A DNA stretch of 64,000 nt from an uncultured bacterium (GCA_963827235.1 CAWHAE010000007.1:1-64000), one strand, 5' to 3'. Numbered from the stretch's first letter, positions 1-9,759 are shown. Program-made: numbers and translations. Notes: generated by a model not told the origin, from the sequence alone.

Positions 1-402
1 CAGAACTGCATTACCCGACACCACTACCATCATTACCGGGGCTTCTACGCCACGCAGCGGAAACTGATTGCCAAGGAAGAGCCGAAGCGGGCCAAGCCGA
101 TCCTCTATGCCTATCGCGTGCTGATGACCGGCATCCACCTCTTGCAAACCGGCGAAGTGGAGGCCAGCGTGTTGCGGCTCAATGTACAGTTCGGCTTCGA
201 CTTCCTTGACGAGCTTATCGCCCGAAAAGTCGGCGGCGAGAACATCGCGGTCGGAGGAGTGGATTGGCCGTTCCACGAGGCCCGGCTGACAGAATTGGAG
301 GCTCGACTCGATCAGGCGTTCCAGGAATCGAAACTGCCGGAGGACAGAGACCGAAAGCCGGTCAACGAACTGCTGGTACGGTTGCGGCTTGCGGGGCAGT
401 GA
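1..402 (+). CDS. Nucleotidyltransferase of the RlaP/YcgL (Nuc-transf) family, 5'-partial
   Basis: Frame 1 is open from base 1: HHYRGFYATQRKLIAKEEPKRAKPILYAYRVLMTGIHLLQTGEVEA...SKLPE, the typical C-terminal half of this family. Confidence 0.75.
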   Translation, partial: QNCITRHHYHHYRGFYATQRKLIAKEEPKRAKPILYAYRVLMTGIHLLQTGEVEASVLRLNVQFGFDFLDELIARKVGGENIAVGGVDWPFHEARLTELEARLDQAFQESKLPEDRDRKPVNELLVRLRLAGQ

Positions 403-422
403 GAACAGGATACGTCACTTCT

Positions 423-923
423 ATGTCCGAGCGAGCGATCATCCGGCAAAGGCAGCCCCGAGCAGCTGTTGGCCGACTGCGAGGTGCCGCATGGGTCGGG
501 ACCGGGGGCCAGCATCGAAACAAGGTGGAAACGGCAATCAGCCTGCACCATCTGCCGACGGGCATGCCGCGGAGGCCAGCAGCGCCGCAGCCAGGCCCAG
601 AACCGGACCCAGGCCGTGTTCCGGCTCAGGGTAAACCTGGCCTTGGAGGTCCGGCGACCCTGCGGCCCGGACTACGTGCCCAGCCCCCTCTGGCAATCGC
701 GGTGCGGCGGGGGTGCTGAAGGTACGCCGGGCACAACGACTTCCCCGCCCTGCTGGCCGAGGCATTGGACGTGCTGGCCGCCTTGGATGCCGATCCGAAG
801 CGGGGGGCTGCCGTGCTGGACTGCACGCCGTCGCAGTTGATCCGGTTGCTGAAACTCGACCCGCGTGCCCTGGCGGTGGTCAACGGCTGGCGTCGTGAAC
901 GCCAAATGCACGCTCTCCGATAA
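423..923 (+). pseudogene. Peptide chain release factor-like protein (RF-1/GGQ domain), frameshifted as read
   Basis: Pieces in different frames: GGQHRNKVETAISLHHLPTG; RRSQAQNRTQAVFRLRVNLALEVR; LAEALDVLAALDADPK...SQLIRLLKLDPRALAVVNGWR, stop at 921-923. Confidence 0.75.
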
Positions 924-1028
924 CGGGTCACGGAAATGGGTGGTCGGCGGGGGCTTGCCAGTTCCGTGCGTCGCGCCCTCTTCTTTCGCTCGTTGACACC
1001 TCATAAAATATGGACAAGGAGAATGCCA

Positions 1029-1506
1029 ATGGCGAAGCGAATGACCATTTTCGGAGTCGGCCCGAAGATCATGGCCCGACCTTCCTGTACTTGGCCGTCG
1101 CGGGAATTGCCACCTACCTCTGGCCCGCCATTTTCCTTGTTCAGACCGTTCCGTATGTTTTCTTCTTGGTGCCAGGGGTGGTGCTGTTGGCGTGGCCTGC
1201 CATGCTGGTCGTCGGCGTCTTTCAATCAAGGCGGCGTACAAGAAGGACGAACTGACGACCACGGGAATCTTCGGCATCGTCCGAAACCCGATCTACGCCG
1301 CGTGGATCGTCTTCAACATTCCAGGGCTGGTCCTGCTCTTCCGCTCTTGGCCGATGTTCTTCGCGCCGTTTCTGGCCTATGGCCTTTTCAAGATGTTGGT
1401 GGGCAAGGAGGAGAAGTACCTTGAAGAACGGATCGGCCAAGCCTACCTGGAATACAAGACACGGGTGCCAGAACTTTTCCCGTGCTGCTACAAACGAATG
1501 AAATAG
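1029..1506 (+). pseudogene. Isoprenylcysteine carboxylmethyltransferase (ICMT/PEMT) family membrane protein, frameshifted as read
   Basis: MAKRMTIFGVGPKI, hydrophobic segments, then ELTTTGIFGIVRNPIYA and EEKYLEERIGQAYLEYKTRVP motifs, split over 3 frames. Confidence 0.75.
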
Positions 1507-1514
1507 GGCTCTCA

Positions 1515-1940
1515 ATGGCAAAGAAGAAAACGCCGAAAACGTGGATGCTGCCCAATCCCACTAAGCGAAAGCCCAAGGCCGACTTGACGCCAACGATAAG
1601 GGCCGACCTGGACGCCAAAGCGAAGAAGCTGGTGGCCGTCCTCAAGCCCAAGTATGTCAAGCCGCCGCCCAGAAACGCGCAATTCAACTACATTACCGAC
1701 GTGTGGATCAAGTGGCTTGGCAGCACCTTGTACTTCGGCACAACCTACGCCTGTCCAGGCCCGAACGCGATCTCGCCCTCGTTCGAGGCGAAGTTTGCCC
1801 GCATGGAATACGTCGGTGGCGGTCGCTTCGTCCTTTCCTACATGCGGCATACGGAAGAGTGGTTCAGATTGTTCCCTAGCTTGACTGCGGACAAATGCCT
1901 CGACGCCATCAAAAATGAAGGTCACTTCCAATTGGATTGA
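1515..1940 (+). CDS. Hypothetical protein
   Basis: Clean ORF MAKKKTPKTW...FARMEYVGGGRFVLSYMRHTEEWF, follows the previous gene closely. Confidence 0.7.
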   Translation: MAKKKTPKTWMLPNPTKRKPKADLTPTIRADLDAKAKKLVAVLKPKYVKPPPRNAQFNYITDVWIKWLGSTLYFGTTYACPGPNAISPSFEAKFARMEYVGGGRFVLSYMRHTEEWFRLFPSLTADKCLDAIKNEGHFQLD

Positions 1941-1949
1941 GGACTGAAC

Positions 1950-2050
1950 ATGAAAGTAGCAGCTTTTGCCTTGGCGTGTTGCATTGTCTGTGCCGCTGCT
2001 GTTGCCGCCGAACCTGAAAAGCGGCCAACCAAGATTTGGAATCGCACAGG
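1950..2050 (+). pseudogene. 5' fragment of a secreted protein (signal peptide), apparently cut at about 2.05 kb
   Basis: GAGGA RBS then MKVAAFALACCIVCAAAVAAEPEK; downstream it runs into the minus-strand T-box-like RNA. Confidence 0.4.
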
Positions 2051-2054
2051 GCGC

Positions 2055-2145
2055 CGGGTATTCGCCGAGGCCATGGCCGGGCGCGCTTGCAGCCGGTGGC
2101 GCGCCCTCTCTCGCGGCTGTCGCTCGGCTACTCGTCCTCACGTAG
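2055..2145 (-). ncRNA. T-box riboswitch stem I (Tyr specifier UAC), truncated, no antiterminator
   Basis: Minus strand: GAGGACGAGTAG-gccgag...AGAGA-GGGCGCGC-caccGGCTGCAA-GCGCGCCC...ctcggc-GAA-TAC. AGUA, AG bulge, distal loop and specifier loop appear in canonical order. Confidence 0.6.
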
Positions 2146-2162
2146 AGTAGCTGTTGCTCCCT

Positions 2163-2192
2163 GGTATACGAGCGGGTGTGGAGAACTGTCAA
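2163..2192 (-). promoter_or_regulatory. Sigma70-type promoter in front of the T-box stem I
   Basis: TTGACA (2192-2187), 18-bp spacer, TATACC (2168-2163). Confidence 0.5.
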
Positions 2193-2778
2193 GGCAGCAA
2201 TGTCGGGCCGGCGCGCCCGAGTTCGTTTCCCCGCGCCTCGGTCCGCCGATCTTGGGGGCGCGGCCGTCTTGGCCGTCTCCGGACGTGCCCGGCATGGCTA
2301 TCATCGCCGCGAGACAAGAAGGCGCTGCGTCACAGGGTCCGGGTGGGCCCAGACGCGGTCTTGGAAGGCTCGTCCGCCGCGTATCTGCCAGCCATGGTTG
2401 CCGTGCTTGAAGGGCCCTCGATCATCGTCCCCGTGGTGCGGCAGATTTGCCGGCCGGCGCAGGACAGAACAGAAGTTCCAGAGAGAATATACTAATCTGC
2501 TGGGACCGTAGAAACATTATGTTGGTGGCGCAGATAGAGCTTTATGGCAGTGCGAATCTATGACCGGCGGCAGCAGGGATCGTTCGCGGTGATGGGTGTC
2601 TGCCGGCGAACCTTTGCGTGTCGCGCAGCTAGTGAGCCGCACGGCCAGTCCGGCAGTGATCCATCATCTGTCGGGCAGCGTGGATGGCTCCGGCGGCTAC
2701 TCCCGCGCGCAATGCGGCGTGCGCAGGTCGCTGGGTGGTGGACTCCTCTGGTGGACGGCGGTCCCACCCGATGTGGTA

Positions 2779-3449
2779 CTACTCCGGCCCGTACAAGCTC
2801 CAGAGCTGTAGATCGAAGAAACTGTCCGAGCCCAGCTTCGGGATCGTGCCGCGTACGAGGTTCGCCGGCATACCCTGGCCCAAGAGCAGCCAACCGTTGA
2901 CACTGCTCCGATAGCACCAGCGCTCACAAGAGAAGGTGCGCGTGGTCTTGTCCAGGAGTATGAAGCGCAAGATCGGCGTGTATCTGCCGAAACGCGCGGC
3001 CCACTCTTCCGTCATGGCGATGAAGGTGGCATCAACGTGTCCGAGTACCGTCTCTGAGAAGCGCTCGGCAGACGCATAGGCATCTCCGTTCACAAGCTCA
3101 AAGACGTCGATGCGCTTGCCCTTGATCACTACGCGGTACCGCTGGGCGTCAGGCAGCTCATGGAGTGTTGCTTCAACCTCGGCACGCTCGCCGGGGCAGT
3201 AATGATCTATACATGATCCTTGACGAGGGAGACCACGCCGTTGACGCCCTCGCTGATCGAATATCCGGCCGGGATCTCGGCTACCGGATTCTCATGCAAC
3301 CTCGGTGCGAAGAAATAGCGAGCCTTGCCCGTGGTGGTTAAGCCTCGATTCAGGAAATACGTCACGCCCTTGCGATTGGTATGCCGTACCGCAGCGACAC
3401 TTTTTGGTGGGCGGGAGGGCGCGTTTGCTCGTGTACTCCGTTCGGCCAT
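2779..3449 (-). pseudogene. Conserved hypothetical protein split by a frameshift/stop near 3207
   Basis: N-part HTNRKGVTYFLNRGLTTTGKARYFF...IPAGYSISEGVNGVV continues in another frame as RYRVVIKGKRIDVFE...ILRFILLDKTTRTFSCERWCYRSSVNGW...LGSDSFFDL. Confidence 0.6.
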
Positions 3450-3647
3450 TGTGAATACCCTCCCACACGGCCCTCAGCATCTTGCACGTTCTCAATGCCA
3501 TACTACCCGGCTACGCCCTTTCCCGTTGCTTCCCCGGTCGCCGGCAGCCCGAAGAACGGTGGCCTGATCCTGCCTGTCCGGCACGTCCGCTGCCTTCACA
3601 GCAGGTGTCTCCTGGCCGATGCCGTGCAGCCAGGGACCAGGAAGGAG

Positions 3648-4532
3648 CTAGCCGGCCGCCGGCTCGACCGGCAGGTCCGGCCGCGCACCCCACTCGTTCC
3701 AGCTCCCGTCGTAATTCGTCAGCCGGGGGTAGCCGAGCAGGTTGAGGGCGAAGAGGACGCTGGTAGCGGCCACTCCCCCATTGCAGTACGCGATCACCTG
3801 CTGCTCGGGACGCAAGCCCATTGATTCAGCCGCGCGTTGCAGCTCGTCGTGGGAACGGAAACGGCCCTGCTCGTCCACGACCTGTTCCCGCGGCAGATTG
3901 AGGGCGCCGGGAATATGCCCGCCGCGCGGGCCACGCTGCACTGCATTGCCGTACTGTGCCTCGTCGCGCGCGTCGATCAGCATGGTGCCGGGACTGCCGA
4001 GGGTCGCCAGGACCTGCGCGGCAGTGGCGCGCCACTGCGGGCGGACGCGGGGAGTGAGCTGGGCCGGCGGGTAGGATGGTATAAGGGAGCTGACGGGCCT
4101 GCCCTCGTGCTGCCAGCGCTTCCAGCCGCCGTCGAGCACGCGGACGTTGTCGTGGCCATAGTAGAGGAGCACCCACCACAGACGCGTGGCGAACTGGCTC
4201 GCGGGATGGTCGTCGTAGGCGACAACGGTCGTGGCGTCGCCGATGCCGGCGGCGCCGAGGATCGCGGCCAGGCGCTCAGGGGGTGCTACCTGCGCCGGCA
4301 CGGGATCCTCCGTATCGACGATGTCCTTGGTCCAATCCAGGAAGACGGCGCCGGGGATATGTGCCTCCTCGTAGGCATCGGGCTGCCCGAGGTACGTGGC
4401 ATGCTGCAGGCGGCCGTCGACTGTCGTCTGCACCTTGCCCCGCATGTCGACGATGCGGATACCCGGGTCGTCCAAATGCGCGGCCAGCCACCCGGTATCT
4501 GCCAGCCACAGATCGCGCCTGTCCTCTGCCAC
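3648..4532 (-). CDS. Two-domain rhodanese sulfurtransferase (SseA/TST-like)
   Basis: HIPGAVFLDW, LDGGWKRW, GHIPGA, active loop YCNGGVAA, YDGSWNEW. Confidence 0.92.
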   Translation of the reverse strand: MAEDRRDLWLADTGWLAAHLDDPGIRIVDMRGKVQTTVDGRLQHATYLGQPDAYEEAHIPGAVFLDWTKDIVDTEDPVPAQVAPPERLAAILGAAGIGDATTVVAYDDHPASQFATRLWWVLLYYGHDNVRVLDGGWKRWQHEGRPVSSLIPSYPPAQLTPRVRPQWRATAAQVLATLGSPGTMLIDARDEAQYGNAVQRGPRGGHIPGALNLPREQVVDEQGRFRSHDELQRAAESMGLRPEQQVIAYCNGGVAATSVLFALNLLGYPRLTNYDGSWNEWGARPDLPVEPAAG

Positions 4533-4727
4533 GTGCCTCTCCTCTAGTCGTCTACGCCTCGCGCATGCGGCAAGGCTTCTCTTGCAGGCAGTCTACCAAG
4601 GTAGTAGCACGCATGAAGCACCCGGCCGGCGTTGCCAGTGTACCGGTGTAACCAGATACGATGAGAGCAAGAGGTGCGCCGTCGCATAGCCTCGTCAGGC
4701 CCGAGATCCTCATAATAGGAGTTCCAG

Positions 4728-5672
4728 ATGCCCGTAAAGATCCCCGATTCGCTTCCCGCCATGGGCATTCTCGAGAGCGAAAACATCTTCGTGATGGGCG
4801 AGAACCGCGCGCTCCACCAGGATATCCGCGCGATCAAGATCGCCATCCTCAACCTGATGCCCACGAAGATCGTGACCGAGACACAGCTTCTGCGCCTGCT
4901 CGGCAACTCGCCGATCCAGGTGGAGATCGAGCTCGTGCACATGGAGACTCACGAGTCGAAGAACACTCCCGCCGAGCATCTGCTGAAGCACTATTCGACT
5001 TATCGCGATATCCGCGACAACAACTACGACGGTCTGATCATCACCGGAGCGCCGGTGGAAACCCTGCCGTTCGAAGAGGTCGACTACTGGGACGAGCTCA
5101 CCGACCTCATGGATTGGGCGCAGACGCACGTGTATTCCACGTTCTATATCTGTTGGGGAGCGCAGGCCGGGCTCTACCACTACTACGGCATTCCCAAGCT
5201 CCCGCTGCCCAAGAAGATGTTCGGCGTCTTCCCCCACCGCGTCAACGTGCGCTACGAGCGGCTGGTGCGCGGGTTCGACGACCTGTTCTACGCACCGCAC
5301 TCGCGCCATACCGAGGTCCGCCGCGAAGATATCCTGGCGAGGCCCGATCTCGTGCTTCTCTCGGACTCCGAAGAAGCAGGCGTCTACATCGTGCTGTCTG
5401 CCGACCGCCGCCACATCTTCGTCACCGGACACTCGGAGTACGATCCGCTGACCTTGCGCGCCGAGTACTTGCGCGACGTGAACAACGGTCTGCCGATCGA
5501 GGTGCCGCGGAACTACTTTCCCGGCGACGATCCGTCGCAGGAGCCTCTCGTGCGCTGGCGCGGCCACTCCAACCTGCTCTATTCCAACTGGCTCAATTAT
5601 TATGTCTACCAGCAAACCCCCTACGATCTCAGCGAGATCCCCGCGGGAGGCGGCACCCGTTCGGATTTCTAA
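4728..5672 (+). CDS. metA: Homoserine O-acyltransferase MetA, probably acetyl-CoA specific
   Basis: [22 protein letters not shown], catalytic [31 protein letters not shown]; AGGAG RBS. Confidence 0.95.
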   Translation: MPVKIPDSLPAMGILESENIFVMGENRALHQDIRAIKIAILNLMPTKIVTETQLLRLLGNSPIQVEIELVHMETHESKNTPAEHLLKHYSTYRDIRDNNYDGLIITGAPVETLPFEEVDYWDELTDLMDWAQTHVYSTFYICWGAQAGLYHYYGIPKLPLPKKMFGVFPHRVNVRYERLVRGFDDLFYAPHSRHTEVRREDILARPDLVLLSDSEEAGVYIVLSADRRHIFVTGHSEYDPLTLRAEYLRDVNNGLPIEVPRNYFPGDDPSQEPLVRWRGHSNLLYSNWLNYYVYQQTPYDLSEIPAGGGTRSDF

Positions 5673-5836
5673 AGCGGCTCTGGTTTTCGCCTGATGCCGC
5701 TAGAGGCGAGGTGCATCCGCCCGCGGTCGCGCGGGCATATGTGTGTGCCGTACGATGCATCGATACCTCCGGAAATAGCGCGACATCCGGATCCTCATCC
5801 GGCGACGGATCTCTCGCCGCCGTGGGCAGCGGCCTG

Positions 5837-7333
5837 TCACGAGAAGTTCTGCAGCCGTCCCCAGATGCGTGGAATCGGGGTCTTGAGTTGGCAGTACGTC
5901 ACGGGCGCGCCCTGTTCAAGATTCACGACCTGGTAGGGGACACGGAGATGAGCCACTTCCGTTGCCGACGTGCACATCCAGTCGATCTCGGCTGGTTGGT
6001 AGCCGACCATGAGGGCATCGGTTGCAGCAAGGTGCGCCGGCAGCCAGAAGAAGTCGCTCAACTGCGGACTGAAGCTGGCAGGAAGGAGTTTCGCCGTGCC
6101 ATAGAGTTGCAGCGCCCCTGCGACGCCGTAGTCGGACGAAATGATCACCGTGGTGGCTCGCCCTGAGGGGGAAAGTGCTCCATAGATCGCCGTCAGCTGC
6201 TGCGTGATCGGAACCCATCCGACCGTGCTGGCAAAGTCCGGTTCCTTGCTATCGAGGCCGGTCGCGTGCAGGCGACTGGCGGGCGTGATGGGGAGGAGGA
6301 TCTGGATGAGAACGATGGCCCCGAGCAAGCTGGCCACGGCGACTGCGGCGGCAAGCGTGGAGCGATGCACTCGACGCTTGAGATGGGAAAGAGCAAGCAG
6401 GCCGGCCGCCATGACAATGGGAATACTGGGCGCTGGGTAGTAGAACTTGCCCACGAAGAGAAAGACGACCAGCGGGACGGTACATGCGATGCCGATCGCG
6501 CGCAGATCGCGATCACGGAGGAGCGAGATGAGGCCGGCGACCCATAGAGGAGTGAGGAGGAGAAGGAGGACCAGGAAATCGACAAGGAAGGTTCCAGCAC
6601 CGCCGCCCGACTGGACGCTCCCCTGGTGGTTGAGGACGTAGCTGAGGGAAGGAAAGCCCTTGTCGACCTGCCAGATGAGATTCGGTGCCGAGACGATCAG
6701 CATGAGGACGGCTGCAAGCCACGGAGAGCTGGTCCGCAATTGAGCACGGAGCGAGGGGGTTAGAAGCACGGCCAGACCGATGCCGGCGATCAGCGCGACG
6801 ATGGTGTACTTGACTTCGAGGCCGATGCCGAGTGTAAGGCCCAGGAGGAACCAGGTGCGTGGCGCCGGTGCGATGACGAGCGTAAGGAACAGGTAGAGGG
6901 AGACCATCCACGTCACCTGATCGAAGATCACGGTCTGGAAGAGCCAGGTGCCGAGAATGGCTGGCGCGGTGACACCGATCAGGAGGGCGAGCGCCTGCAA
7001 GTTCAGCGAGCCGCCGAGCTTGCGCACATACGCACCGCAGAGGATGACGTTGACACCGCCGAGGAGGGCCGGCAGGAGGCGGAGGGTCCACGGTGTGACC
7101 CCGAGCAGCGTTGTCTCGAGCCGGGCAAGGAGCGGAACCAGGGGCGGGAAGTCGACATACCCGAAGGCCAGGTGCCTTCCACAGGCCAGGTAATACAACT
7201 CGTCGATATGGAATCCCAGGATGCCGTTGGTGGCCAGGTGCAAGGCGACGATGATTACGCCAGCTCCGCCATACAGTAGGAGAGTTGCGCGAGGTGACTG
7301 ATCTGTGGTGGGTGGATGATGTGAACTCATCAT
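5837..7333 (-). CDS. Glycosyltransferase family 39 / ArnT-like (GT-C) membrane protein
   Basis: GFHIDELYYLACGRHLAFGYVDFPPL, LRLLPAL, KYT motif, many TM segments. Confidence 0.88.
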   Translation of the reverse strand: MMSSHHPPTTDQSPRATLLLYGGAGVIIVALHLATNGILGFHIDELYYLACGRHLAFGYVDFPPLVPLLARLETTLLGVTPWTLRLLPALLGGVNVILCGAYVRKLGGSLNLQALALLIGVTAPAILGTWLFQTVIFDQVTWMVSLYLFLTLVIAPAPRTWFLLGLTLGIGLEVKYTIVALIAGIGLAVLLTPSLRAQLRTSSPWLAAVLMLIVSAPNLIWQVDKGFPSLSYVLNHQGSVQSGGGAGTFLVDFLVLLLLLTPLWVAGLISLLRDRDLRAIGIACTVPLVVFLFVGKFYYPAPSIPIVMAAGLLALSHLKRRVHRSTLAAAVAVASLLGAIVLIQILLPITPASRLHATGLDSKEPDFASTVGWVPITQQLTAIYGALSPSGRATTVIISSDYGVAGALQLYGTAKLLPASFSPQLSDFFWLPAHLAATDALMVGYQPAEIDWMCTSATEVAHLRVPYQVVNLEQGAPVTYCQLKTPIPRIWGRLQNFS

Positions 7334-7388
7334 AGCTCCGGTCAGTGGCCGGCGACTCCCCCCGCTACCCGAGCAAGCGGCATCCCGT

Positions 7389-7610
7389 CTAGTCAGCCTT
7401 GATAGCGGTCGCGTCGGTGGGCGCCGGAGGCCGGCCGCGCCGCGGCATGGGGCCTGTGCCATCCGGCAGTCGTCGGGCCTCGGCCAGCGACCGCCGCAGG
7501 AGGAACTCTATCTGCGCGTTGGTGCTGCGCAGCTCGTCGGCTGCCCATCGTGCCAGCGCGTCGTGCACGGCGGGGTCCAGCCTCAGCAGAATCGTCTTGC
7601 GTTCAGCCAC
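7389..7610 (-). CDS. Small ribbon-helix-helix (Arc-like) DNA-binding protein
   Basis: GTG start; AERKTILLRLDPAVHDALARWAADELRSTNAQIEFLLRRSL; usual partner of SPFH genes. Confidence 0.85.
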   Translation of the reverse strand: MAERKTILLRLDPAVHDALARWAADELRSTNAQIEFLLRRSLAEARRLPDGTGPMPRRGRPPAPTDATAIKAD

Positions 7611-7620
7611 GTCTCTCTGC

Positions 7621-8520
7621 TCACTGGTAGAGCGTACCGGTGTTGACCACCGGCTGCGTCGCCTGCTCGCTGCACAGCACCACGAGCAGATTCGAGACCA
7701 TCGCGGCCTTGCGCTCCTCATCGAGCTCGACCACTGCCTCCTCCTCCAGCCGGGCGAGGGCCAGGCGGACCATGCCCACCGCGCCGTCCACGATCCGCTG
7801 GCGCGCGGCCACGACCGCCTCGGCCTGCTGGCGCCGCAGCATCGCCTGGGCGATCTCCGGCGCATAGGCGAGCCGCGTGAGCCGCGACTCGACGACTCCC
7901 ACGCCGGCCGGCGCCACGCGGACGGCAATTTCCGCCGATAGCTCGTGGGTGATGTCCTCCGCGTTCTCCCGCAACGAGACCTTCCCCGTTTCGCGAGCGT
8001 CATACGGATAGGACATGCCGATGTGCCGCACGGCGGTCTCCGCCTGGATGCCGACGAATTCCTTGAAGTCGTCGACGTCGAATACGGCGCGGGCCGTATC
8101 CCGCACCTGCCACACCACCACGGCCGCAATCTCGATAGGGTTGCCATCGGCGTCGTTCACCTTGAGCACCGGCGTCTCGTGGTTGCGAATTCGGGTGGAG
8201 AGCATGCGCCGGGTGGTGAACGGGTTGACCCACTGCAGGCCGGGCGTGCGCACGGTGCCGGTGTAGCGGCCGAACAGCTGCACCACGCGTGCCTGGCCGG
8301 GACCGACCGCGATCAGCCCGCGCAACACGAGAGCGCCGGCGAGAAACACGAGGGCGTCCACGATAGCCGCCACGTCGCCACGCACCGTCAGTACTCCGCT
8401 CCCGATTACGATGGCCAGGCCGAGGACGAGCATTGGCAGCCCGGCAGTGATACGGGCGGACCGCTCCTTGAGCACCTCTGGCGAGCTGTCAAGCGATAGA
8501 GTGCTCGGCAAATCCAACAT
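7621..8520 (-). CDS. SPFH/band 7 domain membrane protein
   Basis: Two N-terminal TMs, [55 protein letters not shown]. Confidence 0.92.
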   Translation of the reverse strand: MLDLPSTLSLDSSPEVLKERSARITAGLPMLVLGLAIVIGSGVLTVRGDVAAIVDALVFLAGALVLRGLIAVGPGQARVVQLFGRYTGTVRTPGLQWVNPFTTRRMLSTRIRNHETPVLKVNDADGNPIEIAAVVVWQVRDTARAVFDVDDFKEFVGIQAETAVRHIGMSYPYDARETGKVSLRENAEDITHELSAEIAVRVAPAGVGVVESRLTRLAYAPEIAQAMLRRQQAEAVVAARQRIVDGAVGMVRLALARLEEEAVVELDEERKAAMVSNLLVVLCSEQATQPVVNTGTLYQ

Positions 8521-8549
8521 GTTCGCACCTCAGTATCTACCTCATGTTC

Positions 8550-8586
8550 ATATCTTTACCATATCTACATGATATCACTTTATCAC
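8550..8586. promoter_or_regulatory. Phased ATATC boxes, candidate operator of the RHH protein
   Basis: ATATC at 8550, 8561 and 8572 (11-bp period), including TGATATCA; AT-rich patch upstream of the SPFH start. Confidence 0.5.
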
Positions 8587-8722
8587 GCCTGCGCAAGAGT
8601 TTGCGGGCTGATAGGGGATGAGTTCGCTGCAACCGGCTCAGTTACCGGCTCACACATGCCCCGAACTGGGGATAGTCTCGCCGCGCGCGCAGTCGTACGG
8701 TTGAGTCGGCCGCGCCTCAGCC

Positions 8723-9484
8723 ATGGGGCCGGCCGGATTCTGGAAGCTCTGGGGCAGCGTCGATCCATTGCCGAGCCGTGTCAGCGAGGCGCAAGCAAGG
8801 TACCGACCTGGCGTGATGCGGGGATATGGCTCGTTGCGTGGAGGTGCTGCCGTGTGTGGATCTCGGCTCGGAACTGCGGTCGAAGGATGTGGCGCTTCCG
8901 CTCAGATATACACTCCAGGCGGCGCTCTGCTGCGCCGCTTCCTGGCCACTATCGCTCATCCGCATATCCTTACGGCTGCCGCCTCCAACCGGCGCTTCCG
9001 GCACTCTGGCCGGGCGCTCGTCCTGTGGCTTGCCGGCGCGGCTGTTGCCGCCTGTGCCGTGCTCGCCATTATCTGGCACGCCGGTGCCGGCGATGCCTAC
9101 ACCGTGGCCGAGATCCGGCAAGATCTGCGGCAAAATCCCGGCCAGTGGGTCAACCACACAGTGGTGCTGAGCGGCGTGCTCCAGGGCTGCATGGGGATGA
9201 ACAGCGTGACGCTGGCAGACTGTTCGCCCTCGTCCTGGCAGCCGGTCCTGGCCGATGCCGCCAATGCAAGCTCCGCCGATTCCCTGCCCGTGACGTTCGG
9301 TGGCACCGATCCCGTTCGGGCGCTCCTGCTGCGAGTGCCGCTGCTCGATCGCTTCGCACCGGGCCTTCAGACTCTGGCCTGGGGTAGCGCAGCAACCTAC
9401 CACGTGCGGCTGGAGAAGGCGCCGGCGAGCACCCCTTGCGGCAGCAGCGTCTGCTATGCGGCCGAGCTGGTGAACGCCCTGTAG
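8723..9484 (+). CDS. Hypothetical membrane-anchored protein (true start probably nearer 8950-9010)
   Basis: TM segment ALVLWLAGAAVAACAVLAIIW followed by a Cys-containing domain; protein-like only in the 3' two thirds. Confidence 0.5.
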   Translation: MGPAGFWKLWGSVDPLPSRVSEAQARYRPGVMRGYGSLRGGAAVCGSRLGTAVEGCGASAQIYTPGGALLRRFLATIAHPHILTAAASNRRFRHSGRALVLWLAGAAVAACAVLAIIWHAGAGDAYTVAEIRQDLRQNPGQWVNHTVVLSGVLQGCMGMNSVTLADCSPSSWQPVLADAANASSADSLPVTFGGTDPVRALLLRVPLLDRFAPGLQTLAWGSAATYHVRLEKAPASTPCGSSVCYAAELVNAL

Positions 9485-9503
9485 TCCACGCGGCGTCAGT
9501 GCC

Positions 9504-9531
9504 TCTCAGCAATTTCTTACTCGATTCTTAG
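9504..9531 (+). promoter_or_regulatory. Three hexamer direct repeats, OmpR/PhoB-family-like box
   Basis: TCTCAG (9504), TCTTAC (9515), TCTTAG (9526), 11-bp period. Confidence 0.5.
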
Positions 9532-9759
9532 CTTTACCTTGCCCCGCTATTGCCTTCCTATTAGCCTGGCGGCTTACTGTGACACCTGGCGGTACCGGGC
9601 AGGACAGTACACCAGCCCGTGCCGGCGCCCGGGGTGCACCGAAGGACGGCGGCTGCACTCCGGGCGCGACGCTATGCGGCGCGCATTACGCGTGAGGCCC
9701 GATCGACGTGAGCCCGCTACGCGGCGTCATCTGGAGACAGGTGATCAAAGGACGGGTTG

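Noticed and set aside
915-1000. Integron attC site between the short co-oriented genes (TAAC...GTTG with a hairpin)
   Set aside because: Does not fit RYYYAAC/GTTRRRY, is not repeated between other genes, and no integrase is present
2520-2545. Reverse tRNA 3' end (TTGGTGGCG) as an att site
   Set aside because: No T-loop or cloverleaf; too short
4560-4720. SAM-I riboswitch upstream of metA (ATGAAGC..CCGG and GATGAGAG resemble parts of it)
   Set aside because: Core ATC.AGAG, GAGGGA, GCAACC and GGTGC.AA.TCC elements are absent
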